64,000 nucleotides of DNA. Source: Azolla caroliniana. Its lineage: Eukaryota; Plantae; Polypodiophyta. The notes beneath the pieces were generated by a model, which worked only from the letters and a program-made list of their open reading frames with translations, was not told the DNA's origin and did no database searches. Where the stretch lies: assembly GCA_043228905.1 (NCBI GenBank), contig JBHGNT010000016.1, positions 4,030,001 through 4,094,000 of the forward strand. The letters are read 5' to 3'. The translations under genes were made by a program, and so were the position numbers. Each line of letters starts with the position of its first letter. The stretch's first letter is position 1. Of the stretch, positions 36,678 through 50,440 are shown piece by piece.

Positions 36678-39600
36678 TGAAGTGGATGGTCGGAGGGTAC
36701 GTAGGGTGAAGCTCGTCCCGATGTCGGACTACGGAGTGCATCTGACAGCTCTCGCAAGTCGTCACGAACCGATGCACATCCCGATACAGTCCCGGCCACC
36801 AGTACTTCCCCTTTATCTTCTCGAACGTGGCCCACGTTCCACGGTGTCCAGCCCAAGGGCTGTCGTGGTAGGCCGTCAGTAGCTCCTCCTGTTCTTCCTT
36901 CATCGCCACCACCCGGAGCGGGACGCCGTTCCTCTTCTTCGGGTGCTTCCATAAGTATCCGTCCCGGAGAAAGAATCGGTAAGCTTTCTTCCGGATCCGG
37001 TTGGCCTCGTCCTTCGTCCATGACGCATCCAGCGTCATTGTCCTCAAAAATCCACCGATCTGGAGCCACTCGCCATCGTACCTGCTCTCGTCGAAGTCGT
37101 TAAGTGCCGGAGTGCTCATCCCATCCCTTGAAGAAGTCCACGCCGACTTCTTCGTCCTCCGAAACCATGCCGCCCTCGTCATCAAACCTCGCCCTCGAAA
37201 GCATGTCGGCCATGGTGTTGTCCTTTCTGGAAATGTGTCGTATTTCCAGGTCCAGGGACTTGATGTACGCTATCCACCGGAGCATCGCCAAGTCCGGTGT
37301 CGCGCACCCGGAAACCATGCCGAGAATCGGCAGGCAATCCGTCTCGATAACCACTTCTGTCCCGATCAGGTAGTCTTTGTCAGCCTTTACTGCCAAAACG
37401 ATACCCCAGAGTTCACGTTTAACCTGGGCGTACCCTCGCTGTCGTTCACTGAGGACCTTCGCGCCGAATCGGATCAGGAACCGAATGCCGTTCTTGTCCT
37501 CTTGGTTGACGACCCATCCGATCCCGGTCGGACTCGTATCCACTGTTATGTATACCGGGGTACCCTTCCCGTAGACAGCCTTCCTGAGCGTCGGTGCTGC
37601 CGCAAGAGCTTCCTTCAGCTTCCGGACCGACTCCGTGTGCTCGTCTCGCCACTCGAATTTTCGCCCTTTCTTCAGCAACCCGTATAGCGGCTCCGCAACG
37701 TGGGCGTAATGCAGGATCCATATGTGGTAGAATGCACATGCCCCCAGGAACCTCCGAACTTCCGTAACCGAGCTACAGTCGGTCTTCATCGCGGAGATGG
37801 CTTCTACCTTTGCCAGAGACGGCTTCCGACCATATGGTCCACATAGGTGTCCGACCACCAGGATTTCCGATTGCCCGAAGGCCGATTTCTCCCCGGAGAA
37901 GGTGAGCCTCACATCCTCTAGCCTTTGTAGCACCTTCTCGCAGTCGTCGATGTGTGTTGCCACGAATCGCCGGCATCTGTCCGGTCCGAGTGTTGCGTCC
38001 CTCTCTTCTACCGGGCACCCCTTGATCGGAATGTCGTCTAGAAATGGCACGGTGATGTCCGGGATGCAATCCCTCAGTACCTTGTTCATTGCATTCACCA
38101 TGTGGGCCACCGAGTTGGTCCCTCCTTGTGGCAGGGTACACATTCGCACTAGGCCGAGGGGAGTTCGCATCGTCGTAATGTCTCTGCTCTCCACGGCTAG
38201 CTGGAACTGGTCGTACCCCGAGTATAGATCACCGACCGAGTAAATCGACCTTCCGGCGAAGGCCTCCGCGAACTCGTCTATGGTCGGTCCGATTCCTACG
38301 TTCCGAATGGTCACTCTGTTGACCGGCTGCAGGTCCTGAATGAAGCGCAATGTTCCGTTTTTCTTTGGTACGGTAAACCATCGGTTCGAGTATGGCGCGC
38401 TCGACGGTTCGAGAATACCCATATCGACTTTCTGCCTCAGTAGCTCCATCAACTCCGGGATGTGAGCTCTTGGTACCGGAATCGGCTTGAGATTCCACGG
38501 CACATGCGGTACCGTGAATATCACCATCGGCTCCACAATTGTCGGGTCTACGCACCCGATCTCTTCCGGCGAGAATGTGAAGGCTTTCTCGTGCCTTCCG
38601 AGCATTCTCCGAAACCGGTCTTCCTCCGCCGGCAGTAGGAACCCGCCCCCACCGATCTTCAGCTCCCAGAGCGTCCCGTCGGTGAAGGTGTATCCTATGC
38701 AGGCCGGATCTCGTAAACTGGGGTCCGACGCCACCCCTCTGATTCGGGACTCGCTGCACTCCGGCAAGGGTGCCGCGACTGGCCTTACCTTCCGGTCCAC
38801 AGTCTTGTACTTCGTGCTAACTTGGGCCGTCCGATCCAACCCGAGCCCCCGACTGAAGTTCGCGATGACTTCGTACATCTCTTCGGAACATACCGGTATC
38901 GTCCGGTCTTCGTTAAGGTCTTCTCCGGCTACCTTCCTCAACATTCCCAAGGTGTCGTCGAAGGAGACCGCCTCCACTCATCTGCCAGCGCCGAGTCGTC
39001 GATGTGGGTCGTCCGCACCTCCACCGGTCTTTCCGGTTCCGTCTCCGTCGACAGCCTCTTCCGTTTCACCAAGTCTACAATGGAGTCGTGGAACTCCTTC
39101 TTGGCGATCCCTAGCACCTCCCGCAATGACAGCTCCACTTTGCTGTCGAGGATCCGTTCTTCTAGGACCTTTCGTAGGTCCGTAGTCCTTTCTATTTCCG
39201 TCCCCAGTCGGTATCCGCCCTTCCTGGGGTTATCTTGCGAGCTGGACCCACCGGCATCGTTCCGTCGCTGCCCGAATCGGGTCTCGTACCGTTGTGAGGG
39301 CCCGGCCGCTCCGGCTTTCCCCGCTCGTTTGTCTTCTACCAGAGCCTCGTAGTTCCGACAGGAGGCTTCTACGAAGCCCGTCTTCTCCTCGACCGGGTCG
39401 CTCCACCCGGTTACTTCCCGGACCCGTCTCTCAGCGCGGTCCGTTTCATCTTTGCTCAGCCGTGCGCCAGCGAGGCCTTCCAGCATTGCCGACCAGAAAC
39501 CTTCTTTGCTCTCCTTTCGGGCCTCGCTGCCCCCGACCCGAATACCAGCCGACGCCGAGTAGTGGATGGCCTCCCCATGTCGGGCCGCTGCCTCTTCCAT

Positions 39601-41287
39601 CAGTCTCTTCATACCTCCTCGCCCGTCGTTTCGGTTCAGGGCCCTCCTGGTGTCGCCGGCGTGCACCCGGCCTTCCCACAGGTACACCACCCAGTTTCTC
39701 AACGCCTCTGCAAAATCGCCGCAGTCCTTCCAAATGTGGCCGACCTCGTCGCACCACATGCACCTGTTCCCCGCTGCCGGCCGTCGGTCACGAGCCGGTT
39801 CGCCGCCTTCCCTTCGAGTCTGGGCGATCTGGAGACCCTTTATCGCCCGCGTCAACTCCTCCAGCGCTGCCCCTCCGGACGAGCCATTGACCATGACGGT
39901 CGAAGCCGGACCGGTTTCGAGCCATTCCCGGGTTTCTTCCCTTCGCACTTGCGGTGCCGGTTCAAGCCTCCTTGCTGTGACAGAGCCCGCACCGGCCGCC
40001 CCGTTGTCAACCCATTCTCGTCGTTTGTCAAAACGGCCACAGACTCTCTTAACCGCAGCCCAGTCGGTTGTCAGCCCGTCTTCGGTTTCCAGCAAGGAGC
40101 CGACTTGATCCCTGTCCCGCTCGTCCACCGACTTGACGAACAATAGGACCCGGCTCGTATCCAGAACGGTTCGGTCAAGCGCCGATAGGCACGCAAAGCG
40201 TTCTTCGAACTCCCGGAGGAGTGCCGACGCGTTTCTTCCCTTGCCAGGGGACTCCACCCATTCCATGAAGTCCCGTTTCGAAAGCCGGAGTGCGTCGTCC
40301 AGGCCGTATTTTTCTAGGAGTCGGCCTTCGAACTCCTCCCAGGTACGGCTCTCCGCCCGCACCTTGAGCACCTCCGCATGGATGCTCGGCATCGCCACTC
40401 GAGGAAACCCGGCAAGACGCCTCTCTTCCGGAATGTCCCGCATCAGCATTTCTGCCCCGTAGGACGCCAAATACTTTGTGGCATCCTTTCCGCTGAACCG
40501 GCCGATCGTACCGACGACCGCCTCAATGGCTCTGTCGAGGGCGCCGGTGCCCTCGCGTGCACTCAATATCCGATCCACGACCGAAGTCATGGCCTCCGCA
40601 AGATCCGACCCTTTCATCTTCTGCTCTTCTGCCGCCTCCTTCACGTCGGGTTCACCAAAGATGTCGAGGTTTTCCTCGCGGATGCGTGGAATGAGGCGGG
40701 ACCTCAGGGGTCCTGTACCGAAGAGCAAGAGAGAAAGGACAAGAGACCCACTACGTGCGAGCGTAGATTCACAGGGACACGGCCCTTCGACACAAAGACG
40801 CGAGTGGGACAGCGACACAGAGAGACACGAATGTATGTATGTATTAACAAAGACAACAACAAGAACATGGAAGCAACAAAAACACGAAGTCGGTTACAAC
40901 CGAACAGGCCAGCGAACAGATGTCGATGCCTGTTCGTAAACGGACAGAAAGAAAGGAGCAGGTTGGAGGTGCTGCCGGAAGCACTCGGGCATTCCTCAGA
41001 GCAGCGCGAGCCTCCCGAAACCTGCACAGAAGGAAGCTATGGAGTTTGCGAACCAGAGAGAGAGAGAAGCCTTCGCACCCAAACCGGCAGCACTTTGTCC
41101 TCGACTCTCCGCGATCCATCCCCCTTCTCGTCTCCCTCCTTTTATAGGCAAGGAAGGAGCAGTTTCCCCTTTACTTCCTACCCACTAAATCTACCTGCCT
41201 AGGATCTTCTATGGACAACATTCGAGAAGAGCCGGTTCCTACGCTCCTATGCACCGATTCCGCTTGTGGACGGTTTTCTTCACGACA
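36678..41287 (-). mobile_element. Gypsy B, same lineage as A, 3'-truncated in integrase, protease deleted; 5' LTR 40662-41287
   Basis: Gag ORF to 38938; RT-RH ORF 37100-38977 (FLDD); tRNA-Trp PBS 40640-40657; TG..CA LTR. Confidence 0.92.
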
Positions 41288-44200
41288 ACGTTGACTCTGG
41301 CGCGTCAAACCACATGACGAGCCATAAGGAGTGGTTCTCATACCTTGAGAAACCGATGCAACCGGGAGTAGTCGCAATAGGAGACAACACTCCACATCCA
41401 ATCGAGAATGTCGGTGAAGTTCCCATGAGCCATGTTAGGCAAAAAGGGAAACTCATGAACGTGTTACACGTCCCGACAATCACAAAGAATTTGGTGTCGA
41501 TCGGGCAGATCGTCGACCAAGGGATGCAAGTTTGGTTCACGCATCTCGGGTGCTTCATCAAGGAGGAAGGCCAAGTTATTGCGCAAGGGCGTAGAGACGG
41601 GAGGATGTTTATCCTCGACACCAATGACGTTGGCACCGCAATGTTCGCAAAAGGACAAAAAGTCGATTCGGATATTGACTTGTGGCACAAGCGGATAGGC
41701 CACATCAACTATCAAAGGCTTCAGGACTTGCAATCGAAACAAGTTGTGTTCGGATTGCCCAAATTTAGTGGCTGGAAGGCCCAAATCTATGAAGCCTGCC
41801 AGCTAGGGAAGCAACACCCACTTCCTTTCCCCAACGAACGTAACCGGAGTAGGTATACGCCGGAGCAAAACGGCGTAGCCGAAAGGAAAAATCGGTCAAT
41901 TGTGGAAGCGGCATGGGCAATGCTGGAAGAAAAGAGCTTGCCCAAGTTCTATTGGGCCGAAGCGGTACGAACCGCGGTCAACATACAGAATTGGATCGGA
42001 GACAAGGTGTCGGCGCATGAGCTGTATTTTGGAAGGAAACCAAATCTACGACACTTGAGAGTTTTTGGTAGCATTGCGTATGTGCATGTGCCGAAGGAGA
42101 AATGGAGGAAGTTGGACACGAAAGCCGAGAAGTGTATCTTGGTCAGCTATTCAGACGAACAGAAGGGTTATAAGTGTTATAACCCCCGAACCAAACAAGC
42201 TCGCGTAAGCCGCAATGTTGTGTTTGACGAGTCTGCGTCCTGGTACTTGCCTCCAACTCCAGACCTCAACTCCAACTCTGGACCTCCAGACTCGAGTTCT
42301 GACGATGAGGTCAACGAGGCTGAAATGATTCCGGATGACCGCGAAATCAAGACCCTCGATGAGAGTCCGATTTCATTTCGGCTAAGTGGACCGAACGAAC
42401 GACTGGGTTGGTTTGACCAGTCCAAAGAAGAGCCAGCGAGTAGTGGAGACTCGGTCGTGCATTCCCCGCGTAGGAAGCCGAGGAGATGGTTTACGCGCAA
42501 GGAAAAAGGGAAGAAGAAGGTGCCGGAGTACGGCACAGATAAGGGCAAGTTGGATCGACGCGAATCTGACTCCAAGAAGAGCGATGACAAGCCTTCGAGA
42601 GTGAAGTCTGCATCGGCCAAGACAGCCTCAACATTGGCTAATGTGCAATTACGCCAATCTACCCACCAGAAGAACCCTGTTGTGTGGTTCGGATACAACG
42701 AGTACATGGCGCATCACTATGCGTACATGACGCGTGTAGCAGAAGTGCGTGAGTCGGAGAGCTACATAGAAGCGGCGAAGCAAGCAAATTGGCGTGCTGG
42801 AATGGAGGAAGAGATGTGTGCATTGGCAGAGAATGAAACCTAGGACCTAGTTGACGCACCGAAGGGTGTGTGAGCCAATTGGATGTAGGTGGGTGTGCAA
42901 GGTCAAGTACAACACTGACGGCTCGGTCAACCGATACAAGGCCCAGTTAGTAGCGAAAGGCTACGCGCAGCAACATGACATTGATTACGATGAGACGTTT
43001 GCGCCGGTCGCAAAGATGATGACCGTTCGTGTTTTGCTTGCGGTAGCTGCGGCGAAGGGGTGGCATTTACATCAGATGGATGTCAAGAATGCATTCCTGC
43101 AAGGTGAGCTTGAGGAATAGGTGTACATGGTAGAGCCCCCCAAATTTCACTCCAGAATGAACACCTCGGCGGTCTGCCATTGAAGAAGTCCCTTTACGGA
43201 TTAAATCAAGCCCCGCGTGCTTGGAACGCGAAAATCACGCAGCGATTGCGTCGGAAGGGATTTGTGTCGTCCAAATCGGACTCTTCACTGTTCATTCGGA
43301 AAGGTCGCCTCGGGCCGGTTAGTATTTTACTTTATGTTGATGACTTGGTCATCACCGGCGCCGACCTAGGTGAAATTGACCGCGTAAAACTCTAGCTCGC
43401 AACATCATTTAACATGAAGGACCTAGGGGACCTTCATTACTTCCTTGGGATCGAAGTGATCCGTACCCCCGATGGCATACTGATCAGCCAACGGCATTAC
43501 GTGTTGTGTATGCTCTTCAAGTTTGGGATGGCAGATTGTAAGTCTGTCTCGACTCCTCTAGATAGAACCGTCAAGCTTCCCCCCGACTCTGGCAAGGTTT
43601 GCGACCCGAAGAGATTCCGACAAATTGTTGGAAGCCTCACTTACTTGACTATCACTCGACCAGACGTCAGTTACCCAGTCGGTGTGATTAGTCAGTTCAT
43701 GGCGCGGCCAACCAAGGAGCACCTTCAGTGCGCACAACGCGTACTCCGGTACGTCAGTGGCACTAAGTACCGGGGGCTACTATATCGGACCGATACTGCC
43801 CCGTAGTTAGTCGGCTACACCGATGCTGATTGGGCCAGAAACGCCGGCGATCACCGATCCACATCTGGATTCGCGTTCTCTCTTGGGAGCACCGCGATCG
43901 TGTGGAGTAGCAAGAAGCAGTCGATAGTTGCACTGTAGAGCACCGAAGCCGAGTATAGAGGAGCGGTTGTCACAACATGCAAAGCCATCTGGCTGAAACG
44001 GCTACTTAAGGATCTGTAGGAGGAGGTGTCCGATCCGACGATGATCTACTACAACAACCTCAGCAGCATCCAGTTAGTGAAGAACCCTTTCATCCAAGCC
44101 CGGACTAAGCCCATTGAGGTGCACTACCACTTTGTTTGCAAGCGTGTCCTCTCTGGTGAAGTCGAACTTCAGTATGTTCCTACGGATCGACAGACCGCCG

Positions 44201-44646
44201 ACATTTTCATCAAGCCTCTTGGTCTCGACAAGATGCGGCAATTCTCGGGTGCGCTTGGGTTGCGACACCTCGATGAGCCGAACTTGAGGGGGAGAGAAGT
44301 CCCGGAAGACCACAGAAGGGTGCACTACCACTTTGTTCGCAAGCGTGTCCTCTCCGGTGAAGTCGAACTTCAGTATGTTCCTACGGATCGGCAAACCGCC
44401 GACATTTTCACCAAGCCTCTTGGTCTCGACAAGTTGCGGCAATTCTCGGGTGCGCTTGGGTTGCGACACCTCGATGTGCCGAACTTGAGGGGGAGAGAAG
44501 TCCCGGAAGACCACGGAAGGGAGCAAGAAAGGAGTGGAAGAAACCGTGACGTCGAGTCGGATGCCGATTTCGATTTCGAGTCGGTTGAAGAAGCCCAGGG
44601 TGGATCCGCGAAAGAGTCTGAAAGCGAACGCGAGGTAAGCAACTAA

Positions 44647-44680
<34 letters not shown>

Positions 44681-47600
44681 TATTAACGTCTTCTAAGGCC
44701 AAATTTGGCCCATGAGACAATTGTTTTACAACAAAAGAGTATTTATCCAGTCATCATAACTAAAATAAAATTAAGTAAAAAATAGAACTTAAACTAAAAG
44801 AGTTCTAGTAGTGTACAATACGTAGTATACTCGAAAGTGACTATACACTAAGCCTAATTTTATTTCCACCCAAGCCTCTCGAAAAGAAGTGGGGGGTCAA
44901 AGGGTCTTGATGTGGGTGTGACCCGTGGTTCCAATGTAGAGAGTGCCCTAGCCATGGCTTCTAGGCGGTATAGCTCACGTACCCTTATTTTCAATATTGC
45001 TTCCACATCACATCGAGTTGCTTTGAAACCCGGCACCTGAGGACGTCTGGTTCTTCTCTGGTTTTCTGCCTCATCAATGGAAAGGTCGAGTGGTGCAAGT
45101 GTGTCGGCATTCGTTGTCTCCTCTTGTTCCTGAAAAACTTCATTTGTTATATGTTCGTGATCATTAGCAACATTATTGTCAACATTTTGTAACTTATTCT
45201 CTCTGTGTTGTTTTAGCTCTAGAATGTATTTGCCTAATTTCTTTATATCTAGAGTATCTAATAGTTTGGGGAGGGTGGGAGACGAACCAAGTATGTCTTG
45301 GTATTTTGCCCTTATCTCGGCATAGGTTGGACACTTGCATGTAAAGTGGTACTCATCCTCTATCTCTATGTGACATAACCTACATATCCTTTCCTCCCTA
45401 GGGACTCCACTAGTACGGCCATTCTCAATCTCAAGTTGGTGAGATGATATTCTAAGTTGTCCAATGGCAACCCTTAGTGCATGTGGTAAGAATACATCTA
45501 GATATTTTGGCCGCGTGATAAAACCTAACTCAGAGAAGTGCATGAAGTGTTTCTTATAGTACAACATTTTAGATGGGAGTGGCTCTAGTGGGGTGATCCA
45601 TTTACACCGAGTGTAAATTTGCCATATTTCTTGGCGTATTACTTTATTGCGGTCCTCATGAGAGATTAAAGTGTTATCACTTGTGTGGTTGTACCTAAGG
45701 GGAGGTAAGTTATTAATGTCTAGACCATTTGCAAGAAGCCAACTCACCATCATGCCATACCATGAGCTAGTATAGCTGGACTCATACAATGATCAAGAGG
45801 CCTTAAAGGCTTGATGAGATATTCTATCATGTGGTTGGCTATGTATCCTGTGAATGAAGACTACAAGTTGAAAAAGTGCCTCTACTAACATTGGGGGTAA
45901 CATGAACTCAGCCCTAATAATGTCATGTGGTACAGTCGATTTGCTTCGGAGTTGGCATGATAGCATCATCACCAATGGTCTCTCTAATTGCGTCCACATG
46001 AAAGACGGTAATCCTAGAGCCCAAACCGCTGATGCATAAATGAGGGAGGGGGTCACTAATGAGTCAAAGAGCCACCCTTTAGTCCATGGCTCTTGAAAGT
46101 GTGCTTGGTGGCATTGTCTCTCTAGGAGTGAGAGGGATGCATGTCCTCTCGTGAGTCTATCCTTCGATGCCTGTGTCATCGAAAATTTACCTGAGCGAGC
46201 ACTACAAGTGACTCTGAGATAGACGTATGATCCAACCACCTCGACTGGGCTATGGGAGATAGTTAGGTGACACTTAGCTCTAACTTGGGCCGATGTGTGG
46301 AAGATAAGGACTTTTGTTTTCCCTAGATTCACTACCAATTCTCATTGTACACAAAAGTCATCTAAGGCATTAAGGTGCCTTTGTAGGTCGTGTTCGGATT
46401 TAGAGAGCAAAACTATGTCATCCGCATAGAGCAAGATACGAACCTGCGTATCCCCAAGGACCACTCCGATGCCTCCCTCACGAGCAATAAAATCTGTGAT
46501 CTCATCAATGTAGATCCCAAAAAGTGTCGGTGATAGGGGGCAACCTTGTTTTACACCAATAGTGCTAGTGAAACGATTAGATAGGCCACTTGGGCATCAG
46601 ACACACCCGGACACTTGTTCATATAGTGCGTAGATGGCCCATACCATATCATCTAGTATCCTCAAGCTTTTAATTCTATCAAACAACCGCTCTCTAGGGA
46701 CTGTGTCAAAGGCTTTGCGGAAGTCCACAAAACAACAATATAATTTCTTCTTGCGAGCCTTAGTTTGGTCAATTAGGCATCTAAGTGTGAAGATATGATC
46801 AATAGTGGAGAAGGCTCGTCTAAAGCCAGCTTGTTCAGGTGCACAAAGGTTTAGGGTCTCCATATAGTCGCTAAGCTCTGCTTCCATTACTGCACCATAT
46901 AACTTAGCAAGGGTATGGCCTATCATAATGGTCCTATATGTATTTGGGTCCATGGGGTCCCCCCCTTCATGTATGGGGGCCACTGTATTCATAGTCCACT
47001 ATGGTGGAAAACCCTCCACAAGGGCACGATTGAAGATTAGAGTTAGCAAGGGAGCTAGGCACTCTCTCGCATATATAATGTGTTCTGCTCGCAATCCTGT
47101 GTGGTCCATGGACTTCCTATGTTGTAATTTCTTTATGAACTTCACGACCCTAGAGGTCGTGAAAAGTGTCCCCGTGGTAGGCCGGGGTGTGGAAGGCATT
47201 GGAATGGGTGGTTGGTTTGGGATTTGGTAAAGTCGCTCTGTATATGTGTGCCAAGTTTCGGGATCTTCAATGGGTGTTTGTGTTCTTGGCTCCCGTAGTC
47301 TCTTCCATGCCGTGGCGCAATCGCTACTCATGATCATATGGTAGAGTTCCCAATATTGGGATGCCTCCCACGCTCGTCTCTTACGACGTGTCATCTTGCG
47401 CATTTCTTTGCGAGCTTGTATGGAGGTAATACTACCATTGAGTTGCGATACTGTAAGTTGTCTATGTAAGTCCCTACAATCCTCGTCATACCATTTATTT
47501 TGTGGCATTGATCCTGATCTACCTTGATTTGAGTGTTTTGTATATGGGAAACTGCTAGCTGCTGCGGAGTGAAGGATGTGTGTGAGTTTTGTACTAAGGC

Positions 47601-49804
47601 TTTCTAACGGTAGGGAGGGATCAAGGGAGGGGAGATGGGCCTGAACATGTTGAGAGTATATGTCAGAGAGCTCATGTGTGAAATGTATTGTGGTGTGATG
47701 GCATGGTTGACTAGACTTGGTGACCTTAGAGATATCACATTTTAGCTCGAAGTATAAGAAACTATGGTCTGCGCCAATAGGGCATGGGGCCACTCGGAAG
47801 GAGTTAATCATGTGGGTAGCTTTAGGGTGCCCTATTAGATAGTCAACTGTGCTTTCCCCTCCTCCATGTGGGAAACATGTGAGCTCTTCCGAGCCCGGCC
47901 ACTTAGCTAAACCATTATATTTGACCATCCAGTGCCGACTGCCAAGTTCGAGCAGATGATGGCCAAAGCTCATGGCGTCCGCACCTTGATCCTTTGATCT
48001 ACGTGTGGTGCCTATGTCTAAAGGATCAACATTTACCATTTCTAGGTTTCTATTCATCTGAAATACTGTGCATTGTCAGGATTGGGTTCTTGCATTGAAG
48101 TCTCCTACAAGAAATACTTCTCCTTGGGAATAATATCGGATTATGTCATCCGATAGGGGTTTGTATGGAGAAGGCCCATGTGGCCTTCCTTCATCGACTA
48201 ATCTCTCCAAGCCACCAATATTATAACGGGATCCTTTTGGGGGAAAGTAACAAATGGTGAAAAATACTGCCTGGTCTTTGCTTGTGGAGACTTTCACCCA
48301 CATAAAACGAGCTTCTAGGTCTATCTTCATTATTTCTATCCTATTATGTAGCTCTCTACGAAACAGTATTGCGACACCTCCAGATCCCCTAGTAGTGTGT
48401 CGACGTGAGGTTTGTCTAAAAGCGGACTCCCAACGGAATCCATCGACCTGTGGGAGTCCTCTATTTGGGCTCTGATGTGTTTCTACCAAGAAAAGTATAT
48501 CAGATACCTTCAGTATCTCCTCTAGGCGGTCGGGGTGTGCCCAGAGTGCGCCGCTACAATTCCATAGGGTCATCCTAAGTGCACTTTCTGTCACATGGGC
48601 CACACACCGTCAATTAGTAGTGTGATCATTTATGATCATTCACTCGTCTCGGTAAAAGGCGCGATGGCCTTCTTTACGAGCTTGCATAACTCGTGGCAAA
48701 CAACTCTTGCGATGCTCAATTTGCATCTTAGTGAGGTCTTCATCGAGATAGATGGGGTCCCCACCCATTCCTCGAAGGATTGGTCTCTTCTTAAAGAAAG
48801 TGATTCTAGAGTCTAAGTCTTTAAATTGAAGAACTAAGGCTCTCTTCCTAGTTGTGTCACGCCCGGCCCTCCATGCTTTGGTGATAGGTAGGGCCTCTGT
48901 GTACCCTAACATTTTCCCAAGTGTTTGTGCGTCCTCATTTGGGGATGCACCTTCCTTGAGCCCAGTGACACGTACATTTTAGCGTTGGGCCTGACGCATT
49001 TTCTCTTCTTCAAGGGTGGTATTAACAACATTTTCATCTTTTATTTCTTTTTTAATGTTTCTTTTAACCACATCTACCCAACCCATTTTAGCTAACTCTA
49101 TGTTATTATTAACTTCCTCTTTAACTTTTTTAATTTCGTCCTTTATATCCTCTATAGAGGATATTTCACCGTCTTCTCGAGATACCTCAATGTCCTTAAG
49201 TTGTTTTTTAAGGTCGGTGTTTTCCACTTTAAGTTGTTCTATTTCGGCCTTGAGGGCGTCTTTTTCCTCTCTATCTTTTTTCTTGTGGGTTTCGGTGTCT
49301 TTCACCCATTTTTTCATATCCATCTCTATTTTTGTTAAACGATTAAACATATCTAAAAAGTCCTCCTTACTTATAGCCTCGTCTTGTATATCCTTATGTT
49401 CCTTAGTTCGTTTAGACGTCATTGTGGTGTCAATAAGAAAAAAAGGTAAAATAAATGGGTTCGAGACTTAGCCGAGTTTGTGTGTATGTCGCAATCACAT
49501 CGGCATTTTGTAGCACGCGATGAGCACACCAAAAGAACCCACCCACGAACTCGTCAAGAAAATGGCACTTCACAACGTCAAGAGAAAACGGAGAAGAAAC
49601 ACCCCGCGACGGCGACGGTGGCGGCGGCTGTCGTCAAACGACAGCAGACGACGGCAGCAGACGGCAGATGACGGTAGCAGACGACGGCTGCACACGGTAG
49701 CAGACGGCAACAGCCGCAAACAGCGGTAGTCGTCAGACGACGACAGCAACAGTCGGTTGCAGACGACGGCGACGGCGACGACACTAAACGGCGACAGCAA
49801 CGGC
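44647..49804 (-). mobile_element. LINE A, apparently full length but decayed (GC-rich 5' UTR, ORF1 49422-48610, ORF2 to 44860, (CTTT)n tail)
   Basis: Coiled-coil ORF1; APE, RT and C-terminal Cys/His motif fragments; AAAGAAAG on both sides; Copia C frame resumes at 49805. Confidence 0.88.
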
Positions 49805-50440
49805 AAAGAAAGAGCCAAAGCCAGCCAAGCATGGGGGAGATGAAGCCAACTCGGACAAGAGTGAAAACCGATCGGAGGAAGCTGATTCGGTTCGGATGTT
49901 TGATTCAGAGACGCCGAATCGACCGAGGGCCAAGCGGAAGAAAGGGCAGCCGAAGAGGCACCAACATCACAACAACAAGGGAGCTGAGAAGGGTCGCACA
50001 AGCACACACGCCGACTGGAAGGGTCGAGGCATGCGGAATCAAACAAGACGAGGAGCGCGAGCGAGGCGTGAAGCCAGAAGAAACCGGAGTGGTGATCTGA
50101 AAGAACCAGAAGAGCCTCAAGTTGAGCTTGAGGGGGAGTATTGAGATACAAGCTCAACATTGGCCGGATCGGCTGTGCAAGCCAAGAACTGGATCGGTTG
50201 GGACCGATCGGTTAGGCCGGACCGGTGCGTAAACCAGGTGTGCAAACCGGTGCGCAACAAGAAGCCATAGCATTGCGTAAACCGGGTGTGCAAACCGGTG
50301 CGCAACAAGAAGTTGTAGCGGTGCGCAAACCGCGAAGCCGTTGGAAAGATATTCCGCGAAGCACATCCTATGTACAGATTGAGTATTATTATTTTGTATA
50401 GAGTTGTGTGTATTGACACTCTCTCTCTCTCTCTCTCTCT

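Noticed and set aside
41266-41330. 525-aa ORF starting at 41266 as a novel fusion gene
   Set aside because: It is the Gypsy B LTR end abutting decayed Copia C protease-integrase
22031-44646. Many antisense and alternative-frame ORFs over the retroelements
   Set aside because: Expected shadows of GC-rich coding sequence; no independent motifs
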